Positions 12,842-29,555 of a DNA stretch of 64,000 nucleotides are shown piece by piece (position 1 is the first letter of the stretch; each line of letters starts with the position of its first letter). The notes beneath the pieces were generated by a model. It worked only from the letters and a program-made list of their open reading frames with translations. It searched no databases and was not told where the DNA came from. The stretch is taken from positions 5,573,806 to 5,637,805 of the forward strand of contig NW_003526943.1 in the NCBI RefSeq assembly GCF_000181795.1, in the 5' to 3' direction. The DNA is from Trichinella spiralis (lineage: Eukaryota). A program made the position numbers and the translations under genes.

Positions 12842-13946
12842 ACCTGCCTCTTTTTTCATGTCTGTGATATTTATTAATGACATTAATGTGCGCTAATTAT
12901 TATTTAGTTGTTTAATCAAATAAAACATTTTTTGCTATAAATCCTCCACCAATGCTTATAAATATCAAATTTTGAAAAACGATATCATTTTTATCACTGG
13001 TTATTTGATTAACACTATAACAATATCAACAACAACAACACGCATCAGAACATTTAGTGATTGAAGTTTTTAAACACACAAAAAAAGAAAATACATGCAT
13101 ACATATTTATTTATTTATATATTTATTTATATGTAATAGATATAACTAAAAATATATAGAATATATTTTATAACTGTAAAATAGATATAACTAAAATGCT
13201 GCTAACAAAAATTCAGAATAGCCTTCAAATTATAGCTAATTAATATTGTGACAAATTTAATAATACAGTATAAAAAACAATTACGGAATTCCTGAATAGT
13301 TATTATATAGTTAAATCCAATAAGTACAAAATTATCTGATGTTATCTTACTGAAAACAATTATGGGATTATGGAATAGCTATCATACAACTAAATCTCAT
13401 AACTACAAAATTATTTGATGTTATCCTACTGACACGGTAACTGCAAGACAAAGGAAATTTTGAAGATAAAGACTATTAATTGATTCTCTAACCAATGGCA
13501 AACAAAGACTGACCCTTAAAAAACTGTATATAAGCAGCAGTTTTATGGAAAAATTTTGAGTCTGAAAAGACGAATCTGAAAATTCTGAAGAGTTTTCGCT
13601 GTCCAGCAAAATGTACATTATCACCACAACATACACCGTCCCTTCGACGTCAGTGATGTTGTACAATTGCCCATCCCGAAACCCGCAACCGCCTGAAAAA
13701 CGACAACCGCTGACTCCGGAGCAATATGGCAGTATCGAGGGCTTTCTTATGAACATCTACTATGAGAAAAAAAGACTGGCGAAGATTTTGCCGAGCCAAG
13801 TAGTGTTTACTCCAGCCTGCCAGGGAACACGAATGCATTGCAGTACAAGCAGTCCATAAAAGACTCTGTTAATGAAGATGCGCAGCAGAAAACATACTAC
13901 ATTTTTCTAAGAAGCCAAAAGTACATCTGAAGATTTTGATATAGCA

Positions 13947-14045
13947 TTTTTTGTAAAGATTTATTGTAATACTGTTCACTTTTTTGTAAAGCATTATTGT
14001 AATAGTGTTCACGTTGTAGTAAAGCATCAGTGTAATTTTGTTCCC
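13947..14045. repeat. Three imperfect 33-bp tandem units
   Basis: ttttttgtaaagatttattgtaatactgttcac / ttttttgtaaagcattattgtaatagtgttcac / gttgtagtaaagcatcagtgtaattttgttccc. Confidence 0.75.
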
Positions 14046-14909
14046 GTCATGAGCAGTGGTATTCCAATACAGTTCACATTGTATTGTAGACTTACGGCAA
14101 TAATAAAAACTTTGAAGTAAAGCAAGCAATAATTCCGTCCACCGGTAAGTAAAGACTTTTGGTGATTGTGTTACCTTTTTTGTAAAGATCAGCGCAATCC
14201 CAAAGACAAGGAGGGAAGATCAAAACAATAATGTTCTCATTTGTCGTACAGTTGTAATTAAGGTTAGGAAGAGGAATNNNNNNNNNNNNNNNNNNNNNNN
14301 NNNNNNNNNNNNNNNNNNNNNNNNNNNNNNNNNNNNNNNNNNNNNNNNNNNNNNNNNNNNNNNNNNNNNNNNNNNNNNNNNNNNNNNNNNNNNNNNNNNN
14401 NNNNNNNNNNNNNNNNNNNNNNNNNNNNNNNNNNNNNNNNNNNNNNNNNNNNNNNNNNNNNNNNNNNNNNNNNNNNNNNNNNNNNNNNNNNNNNNNNNNN
14501 NNNNNNNNNNNNNNNNNNNNNNNNNNNNNNNNNNNNNNNNNNNNNNNNNNNNNNNNNNNNNNNNNNNNNNNNNNNNNNNNNNNNNNNNNNNNNNNNNNNN
14601 NNNNNNNNNNNNNNNNNNNNNNNNNNNNNNNNNNNNNNNNNNNNNNNNNNNNNNNNNNNNNNNTATCAGGGCAATTTCAAAATTACAAATTATTGTTTGT
14701 GGATAAAGATTGACGCTAAGGACAGCCGCTTTGTTTATTGAAGCTTGAAAAATAAACTCTTATTTGCCAATATCTTTAACCGTACATAGCAACAGACTAC
14801 TGGGCAAATGCTTAACTCGCCACAATGGCATGGATGGTAAAATGCTATTGATATCATTGAGGTACAACCTTGAATGTACCATCCGTACTCCAAGTTCTTA
14901 CAGTTGTCA

Positions 14910-15214
14910 TCAGTCTATATAGGCCAGGTGCTCATCTACCCGGCAGGTTTCAACGTGATCTTTTCGATCGATCCCAGCCGGAACTTCTAAATCTGTCCAC
15001 ACTGCACCCCCACAGCCTTCTTTATTCTATACCAAAATAAAGTAATTGCTAATAACTAGGAACACATGCTGCACATTAGCGCATACTTTTGAACATCTCC
15101 AATATTTCTGTTTGCCTGCACGTTTTAATTTGTATGCCCTGCCTACCAAACCACAGAATTGGACCAAATCCCGCAACGATTTGGTACAAGATGTAACTCA
15201 GCGACATCAACCAT
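14910..15214 (-). pseudogene. FLYWCH zinc-finger (Mutator/MULE-associated) remnant, disrupted, with one intron
   Basis: MVDVAELHLVPNRCG, then a stop/frameshift, then GRAYKLKRAGKQKYWRCSK | GT..AG intron | NKEGCGGAVWTDLEV..RKDHVETCRVDEHLAYID*. The Y-W-C..C..H spacing fits FLYWCH. Confidence 0.7.
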
Positions 15215-16340
15215 AACAAGGAACAGAGTAGAAAATGATTCGAATAGCTCTGGAACGCAAAGCACTGAACGCAAACAACACCAAAAATGAAAATAAATTG
15301 GACAGTTTTGAATTTCATTTTAAATAACCATTTTACATCAATATTTAGTTTTCATTTTATATTTTATCTACAATCGAAGATCAACTTCTGATATTCCTTG
15401 TGGCACTAATGCTTTTTGTTGATACTGACAGAATAAAATTAATCACACACAAATAGCGCACGAATGCTAACATCGAAGAACGTGATGTCCACTGCAGAGT
15501 NNNNNNNNNNNNNNNNNNNNNNNNNNNNNNNNNNNNNNNNNNNNNNNNNNNNNNNNNNNNNNNNNNNNNNNNNNNNNNNNNNNNNNNNNNNNNNNNNNNN
15601 NNNNNNNNNNNNNNNNNNNNNNNNNNNNNNNNNNNNNNNNNNNNNNNNNNNNNNNNNNNNNNNNNNNNNNNNNNNNNNNNNNNNNNNNNNNNNNNNNNNN
15701 NNNNNNNNNNNNNNNNNNNNNNNNNNNNNNNNNNNNNNNNNNNNNNNNNNNNNNNNNNNNNNNNNNNNNNNNNNNNNNNNNNNNNNNNNNNNNNNNNNNN
15801 NNNNNNNNNNNNNNNNNNNNNNNNNNNNNNNNNNNNNNNNNNNNNNNNNNNNNNNNNNNNNNNNNNNNNNNNNNNNNNNNNNNNNNNNNNNNNNNNNNNN
15901 NNNNNNNNNNNNNNNNNNNNNNNNNNNNNNNNNNNNNNNNNNNNNNNNNNNNNNNNNNNNNNNNNNNNNNNNNNNNNNNNNNNNNNNNNNNNNNNNNNNN
16001 NNNNNNNNNNNNNNNNNNNNNNNNNNNNNNNNNNNNNNNNNNNNNNNNNNNNNNNNNNNNNNNNNNNNNNNNNNNNNNNNNNNNNNNNNNNNNNNNNNNN
16101 NNNNNNNNNNNNNNNNNNNNNNNNNNNNNNNNNNNNNNNNNNNNNNNNNNNNNNNNNNNNNNNNNNNNNNNNNNNNNNNNNNNNAACAGATTATTCATGA
16201 TTCTGACATTACACCCGGAAGTTAACATCCAATCTTATTAAATTTCAACAGGCAACAAATTTATTTACAAAAAATGGGAGCAGATTTATATATCAGGAGG
16301 GAAATCGGTAATAGACCATAGCGAGGTCAACGACCAATAA

Positions 16341-16574
16341 ATGAACAGTGGGACCGAATGGGAACAGAAGTGGGACCATCCCATACTCTACACCTGTCTT
16401 TTGATTGTTATAATGTCATCGGGAAAGCGCGAAGCCAACGGAAGCCAAGCGGAGATGACCGCGCGGGGAAACCCATCGGATCGTCGTCGTTTAGCGACGA
16501 ATGCGCTAATGGCGCAATTGCGGAGGTGGATTAGCCTTCCCGAGAGAGCGGCTCGTTACATAACTTCAAAATGA
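16341..16574 (+). mobile_element. Possible MULE transposase C-terminal remnant
   Basis: GC-richer island next to the gap and near the FLYWCH remnant. W..K..HP.LY..LL spacing loosely resembles MULE C-termini. Weak evidence. Confidence 0.3.
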
Positions 16575-17264
16575 TAAAACGTTATTCCAAAGTTTAAATA
16601 AAAAAACAGTGCGTACATGGAAATATCTAAATGTAAGCAAGGCATTTAAGTTGAAATGCAATGCGAATTCATTTTTTAATGATTTTTACATTTGGAAATA
16701 AAAAGCGACAAATAACAAGCAGCTTTCTTGAAAATCTTTTGTTGATACTGTAAAAGAATATGTTGGTTGTATGTACCAACTTATTTTTTTATTATTGCTT
16801 ACTTGGACGCTATTTGATTGTAAGGTGTTTTAAAGCAGCTATGTTTTATGCAGGAAAACTTCTGTTTTCAACGACCGGTGTTTATTCATGATGTTTATTT
16901 CAATTCCTGTTAATGTGATCTCGAATTATTCGTGTTAAATTGAAGTACCATGATATGAATAATGATTTGATGTTCAGTTGAACATTATTTATGAAATTAT
17001 AATTATGGTTAATTTTAAATATTACTCTTGTTCAATCTTTAGACATGTAAATTAAAATAGCATATTTGTTTTTGTGAACTTTGCATTATTATTATTATTA
17101 TGCATGTAAAATTCATTCATATGCTTTCTTAAAATATTTTATTGTTTAGATAAAAATAATGTGAATGCGTTTTAACGAAATTGCGTGCATTTTCTAGAAG
17201 TTCTTTTATTACTGTGCTTAGGCGATTGCCAGTGAAAAATATTTAAATTATAAAATTGTTTCAG

Positions 17265-20200
17265 ATGAATTCAACAACAAATTCTTCAGATGAAATTGAA
17301 GCACCAAACACTAGACAGAGGCATGCGTTAGCAGCCACGTCTCGGCCTGCAACGGTTACTACTGCTTCTACTGCTCGAACTTCTTCTGCGACAACCGAAG
17401 GGAAAGAAACGGAAAAACGCTTATATACGCAGTGGAGTAACCAGGCTTGGCAATTATTTTTTGAAGGACTGAAACAGGTATTTAGGATAGTTTTTTTTCA
17501 TTTAGAATTTTGGCCAACGATATAAGAGGAGGATACTTATTAGTCAAATGTGTTTTACACTGTTTTCGTTTGAAACAGATTTAGGATTATAATAATGTAT
17601 AATTGGTGTGAATTATTTTGTTAGCATGGTAAAGATTTTGAAGCAATTCGATTATACATTGCTGGTAAACTGAAGCGGGAAGCGAAGACGTACGATCAAG
17701 TGCGCTATTTCTTCTATAACACAATGAGTCGTTTGGCACCGTTTGTTGATTTTTCCAATTGTATTATTTATTTGAATTTTTGAATTAATTTTTCTGTCTA
17801 GTAATTTTCTTTTTAAATTTAGCTACAGCTACGAAAGAGGCAAAAGAATTGTTCACTTTGATCAATTACTACGAATGGTACAGAAGAACCCAGTGCAAAG
17901 TGGATCATACGTCCAGAGAAGTGTTCACAACGCTAGTTTTAACAGGGTGAAAGGGAATTTATTATTGATTATTGCACAGCGTTCATTACGAGGCGAACTT
18001 TCAATCTGTAGGGTAGTTGAAATAAAATTGGCAATTAGACGGTTTCCCAGACAAAGAATGAAGATTTATACTCCATCTTGTGCTGCGTTGGATAAGTTTG
18101 TTGTTGGTAAGAGGAAAGAAATTAAATTTTAACAAGCATTTAAAAATTAACAGGAAAAATATTTTTATCATTTGAGCTAGTCAACGTTTGATGGCAGTAC
18201 GGGAAACTGTCACTATCGAGTTTGTTCCTCAATCTAACAAAGACGATGGATATGTTAATTTTCACTGCCATCAAAGCTCACATTTATCTTTGCAGATCAA
18301 TTCGAAATTGCCAGTAGCATCGATTTTCGATTATTTGCAGAAGAAGTGGTTACCTGATGGTCAGGTATAATTATTAAAATATTATTACTGTAGTCGTTGT
18401 GAAAAAACTCGTCTCTGTGGAACAGGACTCTGAACGAGCGTCTAAGATAAGAATTATTCTTTTTCCTGATGGATTTGTTTTCTATAATCGGCGTACTGTG
18501 CCCGAAGCGGAGACGAAAACTAAGAAGAATCGTAAGTACAGTATAATGAGTTGTTTTCCGCCAAGCGACGATGCAAAGACTGAAGAAGGTGATGGTGACA
18601 ATCCAGAATTGAGCATTTACAACGATGGAATCAGTTGCGACATCTCCCCGTCGATATTAATAAGCCATCTTTTTGAGATGGTAATGTTTTGCTTTGAGTT
18701 TTTTTCTTCTTTGATTTTTTGAATAGGGTACAGGCAAGAATTGAGTTTTATTGAGTCAATTTTTATTAGGCTGGTCAAAAGGAAGCTATGCGTTTAAGGT
18801 ACAAATTCGAAGAAAGCAATCCAGAACAAGTAAAAGATTGTTTGTTCATTTGTTAGTAATTATTTTTTTCAAATTCATATTTGTAGTCTCATATGAAAGG
18901 GAATTCGGTGTTTTCATTCTTTGCTGGAGATACGCTGGCATTGAATCGGCCGGTAAAAAAATATTTCTGTTATTAAATTATTCTGTATTATTTTTTAACC
19001 AATAATCAATCCGTTTTGTTTTATTTCGTTTCTTTTTAGTCTTTGTTCTCTAAAAAGTACATCGAAGTTGCAGAAGATTTGCGTAAATTATCGCCCGAAA
19101 GACTGACTGAGTCCAGTTGAGTTTGCACTTTTGTTAAATATTTTATTACATTTTCGTGAAAAAAAAAATTCGTTTTAATTTTTAAACATACATTCAGATG
19201 GAATGATTTAAATTTATACAGCTAAGAAATGGAAAATAGCTGCGTAATTCGTATGTACAGTGGTGAATTGTTTTAATCAATTTGAATAAGTGTAATTAGT
19301 GGAATGTGAACGTTAATGTTTTCTTTTAATTGTCTTATAAATGTAAAAAATTTTCTTCGGATTGCTTACATATTTATATTCTTTTTAGCATTTCTGCCTT
19401 CTACATCGTCTGCTTCTACATCAAAAAAATTGATTAGCTTCAGAAAAAAGTATGATTTGTCAAAAAACGTGGAACAGACTTCCAAAGCTGCTCCAGCAAC
19501 TGCCCAGAGTCAGCGTGCTGTTGTGGATTGTGAAGCTCACATGGACTCGAGCAATATTCATTATTTGCCATTTGAGACTCCGATAGTCACAACAGCGTCA
19601 AAAGAAGCATCAGTGCAAGAGACAGCTAATTCTACAATTTTTCCTACTCAATATTGTCAGCCAGTGGAAGTAATTGAATCACAACAAAAACAACAACAAG
19701 AACATCAGCAACAAGGTATAATAGATTCTTCTTTTTCCTCAGGAAGTAATAATTTAACTTCTCAAATGTTTTCTGATGAGTTTCTAGCTGTTGAAACTAA
19801 TACACAACAACTACGTGCATCTCCATCAACCAGCCTGCTGGTTACTGATCAGAAGGTTTGTACATTTACAGATTCTTCGTTCTGCTCAATACATTTGAAT
19901 TAGTTATCATTTCACTTAAGAATCAAAACACGCTACTTATTCCAAAAGAAACTCCCATACCGGCAGATATCACTGAAACGACAGATACTGCTGACGTAAA
20001 TCAGTCGGTTGTTCAAAATGTTGATATTCCTAAACTGCGTAAGCTATGGAGTTTTACATTTTCAATTTAACATTATACACTTGATTTGAAATATTTCGAT
20101 GAAAATGTCCTTTTTACAGTTATGCAACGTCAGAAAGCACATTTGGATGGATTCTGTGATTGGTCACTTGACAGTTCCAGTAATTTGGGTATCGGTAAGC

Positions 20201-20423
20201 CTCGATTATCACCGAATAAAATAAACAATGCAAACTGCTCAGAACGACAGAAGTTGCATTGAGTGTTATAAGTTTTTTTTTAATATTTTCAACTTTGCAG
20301 GCCCAATTGATTTCAAGGAAACAATTCACGATGATGATACAAGAAAAATTTGACACTGCAGATGTTTTTTGTCAACCTGAAGCTAAACAGCCGTGCTTTA
20401 GCACTTTATTCAATATGGTTTAA
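17265..20423 (+). CDS. CRAMP1: Cramped/CRAMP1-like SANT-domain chromatin protein
   Basis: Spliced SANT QWSNQAWQLFFEGLKQ|HGKDFEAIRLYI..KTYDQVRYFFY, followed by ELFTLINYYE, KIYTPSCAAL and IEFVPQSN..SHLSLQINSKLPVASIFDYLQKKW, as in Cramped; S/T/Q-rich tail. The 3' exon structure is approximate. Confidence 0.8.
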
Positions 20424-20749
20424 CATTAGCTGAGCTTTGCATGGCGTTTTTATTAAAATAAAAAACAAAATTACGAGTAATTTGTTCTTTTACGTTTACT
20501 GATGAAAAACAGCTTACTCTAATAAACATATTCAGCATTTCTTAAAGCAGTGACACAAATGAACGCATTCGCTTTTATTTGTAGCTTTTATTTTCTTTTA
20601 AGCAAATGAAAACCTTCACCACTATTTTTTCACCATTGATGTTTCAAAAATTTATATTACTAATCAATCAGTTACCATGTTTATAAAAAATGTTCAACAT
20701 CAATATCGACTGAGACTTTTTCGCATTAAGTAGAAGCGATAAAGACTTT

Positions 20750-25914
<5,165 letters not shown>

Positions 25915-28900
25915 TTGCAAATATATATTAGCTGAATATATTTTAGTGTCGTTCATGTAAACTAACTGTGGTAAAGTGAATTGTGTTGCTTTTGTATTTT
26001 TACTTAGGTATGCTGCAACTCCTCAGATATATATTATAGTATAATCACAGTACTGTATGTGTAAATACATTGTTAGAATACGTGCTTTTTATTAAATTGA
26101 AGAAGCATATGTTTATGTGTATTGAATTTTTGTCATCTTTACTTCATCCAATTTTGTTAATCGTCGTATCGATTTTACTTTTCTTCTTTTGATTTATTTA
26201 GCTGAAGTTCGCTAAGTATTTTTGAAGTTGCATACTGGTTTCATTCCTTGTCAAGCCAGAAGTGTGATGCATAATTATGTGACTAAAGTATGAAAATGCC
26301 AGTTTTAGCAGTTTGCGTTAGTTATCGATGTAGATGCACAACTGTTTAAAAATATGAATTTTTCTTTAATTTGCATATTGATCTGTGTCGTATTGCTTGG
26401 TCACAATTTGCTAGAAGTTAAACGTTTTATCTCTCTGCTACGAAGTTAAAGTTTAAGGCATTAATATTTGTAGTATTGCCACTTACTTGAATTGAGAATG
26501 CGTGGTTTACTTGGCTTTATTCGAGCAGTTTTATTTGCATCCTGAATCAAATTTTAAATAACTTTTTAAAACTGTTTCATAGTTCTATGTTTAACAGAAA
26601 TAATGGAAACAATTGTGAATGATTTTTTAAATATTAATTTATACGCAATGCAAAAAGACAAATTAATTTTTTGGAATCATATAAATCATTGTTATAATAT
26701 AGCATGAAATAATTTCATGGAGTGCTTTAATGCATTTTAATTTTACGTTCGTTTCATATTTTTGTAGTTTTTTCAGACTTTTCTAAATATTTTTTGTATT
26801 CATCCAACCCATAAATTGTTTGTGCTAAGTATTAAAACGTGAGTTGTTTAAGAAGGAAATCTTTTTATCTTCCACTTTAACACCTTCGAAAATGAATTAT
26901 TTTTGTATTTAATGATCTTATATTTTTAAATAAGAATGAAATTATTTAAAATCACTGCGTAAATGTCGAAAATGAAAATTCAATGTAGTAAATGCAAAAG
27001 CTACTAGATGCTGAAGCAATTTTTGCAACATTTTCTATATTTAGGTGGTGAATTCTAGAGGAAGTAGCTGAGTTGAAAATATGGGTAAGTTCAGTGAAAC
27101 AGGATTCACGATTTCAAGCCTTTAGTTTATTAAGATGCTGACCGACAAATTATTAAAATATTTTTTCAATGGCAACATAATTTTGCAAAAGTAAGTAATC
27201 ATCAGCAATGAATGGAACTTCTAATAAAGTACACTTGCAATTTTCTGCTGTTAATTCAGTAAGATGAATTTTGGCACTGTAAATGAGGTTAAATTTTATT
27301 ACTGATTTTTAATATCGAAAATTTTAAAGTGATTCTAAATGTATTTCTTCTTTTGGGAGAAACGTTTTATCGAGTAATTTGCATTTCACTTAAAAAATGA
27401 AAACTTACAGCTTATAATAAAATGCAATTTATAATTTGAATCCAAATTGATTATAATAAAATGAATTAAAAAAATTAAAATGCTATATTAAGATAAAAGG
27501 AAGCAAATTGTTCAGTTTTCAAACATATGTAACTATTTGAATAAAAATTGTGCAGAATATATTGAAATTTGATCAAGAAAAAGAAAATAGTTAAAATCAT
27601 CATCTAATGCTGCAAAATTGCTAAGTAATCATTACAGCTGCTTGTCAAAATCTACCAAATAATTCTTATTTCAAAACGAATCATTATTTTTTCACCCAAC
27701 AATAATTTTAATTTTGCAGACAATTTATCTTAGAAACAAAAATACCCAACTGATTAATATGATAATGTCTGTAATGATGATGTTTCTTAATTAAAACTTT
27801 TTTTGCTATTGAATATTAAAAATTTTAGCTGAATTATTTTAGAATCATGAATAACGCAAATAAAAATTTATTGCATTTATTTATTCTATTCTATTTTGCA
27901 ATCAGAAACATGCAAAAGTTGAATATTTTTACATTTTTGAAGTAATCAAAGTTAATATAATAATTTTCATATTATTACTTCATCGCAATCATATTTCTCA
28001 GAATTATTTTTAAATACTTTGAAATAAACATACGCAGATTTTCATGAGCTTTTTTGTAATTTTTGCGAAATTTCAAGAAAAAGGTATTTAACTTGTATTT
28101 ATCAATACCTCATGTTGTTATAACATAAAAATTTATGAACGATGAATTTTCCATGTTGTTGAATAATTTATGACATTACAAAATTATAGATTGGTTTTTT
28201 TCGACATTTGTCATGGCCATTCTTTATCTTCTCCTTGTTGATCTAGTTTTTTGTTCATTTTTAACAGCACAAAGCCAATGATATGTTATTCATGCTTTGC
28301 CACTGCTTACGAGGTCATGTTATACTGGTTCTCAAGTGACATATAGTGTGTGCTGAAGTGATACCTATTTTAATCTTCATATCCTCTGAAATAATTTATT
28401 CCGAATACAAGAGTAAAAAATCGTTGTAATTTGAAAGCACTGCAGCTTTTATACAGAAATTACACTTTAAATATCGAATTTTAAAAGTATAATAATCAAT
28501 AAAAGAATAATCAACGATTTAAACCATCAAAATGATGATTGTTTTAAAATTTTTGAAAAATGACGGTACTTATTTTTTTAATTTAGAACTAGTTGCTGTA
28601 AATCTGAAAATGATATTTCTTATTTTCAACATTTTTAAAGTTGCATTTATGAAAAAACTCAGAAAAGCTTAAAAAGAAAATTACAATTGTGCAATCAGTG
28701 GCAAGTTTAAAAATTCACTGTCGCTTGATTGTTGCACTTTAATTATGGAACAGATTTATACACATACAATTAATTGTTTCCCTGCAGTTATCCTAAATAT
28801 TTTTTCCATTTCTACTTGGCTTACTTTTTAAAATGGAAAGTCAACAATATTACAACTTTTAAAAACAAACATTTTTTGTGATTTAAAAATAAATACTATT

Positions 28901-29555
28901 ATTTTAATAAACGAATAATTTATTCATTTGTTATTTTACATTTTTTAATTAAAAAATTTACATATTATGTAATAATTTATTTCAATAATAAATTTGATCT
29001 TGAATTTCATTTATTATTTTCTTGTCTGAATATTGGAATTTTAAATATTTTAACCGAATTGCATTTATTCAAAATTAACATTTAATAGATCAGATTTTAA
29101 CTTCAAATTAACATTTTTCAGTCGATGAAAAACGGCAGTTGCTGCGAACTCGCATAATTGATGCTACCCAAAAAATACAAAATAGAGCGTCGAACAAGAA
29201 AGAATTGAACATAGTCCGTTAAATATTAATAGTATGAGCTAATTAAATAAATATTAATAATTCTTTTTTTTGACAAGAAATTTTGCGTTTACAAAAACTT
29301 TTGTTCGTAAAATTTTTTCTTATTAATAGTATTATCTACACTATTATTTAAGAAATAATTTTTTCATAATTTAAAATATTTTTCAACTAATTGCATTTCA
29401 ATTAACTGTTGTATTTTTTAAGTGAAAACGATTTACAGGAAGAATGCTTTCCAAATTGTCAATCATACTGTAGTCTTGAACGTATTCATTCTTTATCCAT
29501 TCCCGTGTGTTGACTTGCCAGTTCAATTTTTCTTCGCTAAGTCAGACCGTATAAT

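Noticed and set aside
15464..16228. 253-aa ORFs on both strands
   Set aside because: Artefacts of translating the N gap.
1755..20423. Functional chromatin cluster (HP1-like plus Cramped)
   Set aside because: The genes are 13 kb apart with unrelated genes between them; eukaryotic adjacency alone is not evidence.
28275..28360. Possible C/D snoRNA (ATGATA..CTGA)
   Set aside because: Imperfect C box, no terminal stem and no rRNA complementarity recognised.
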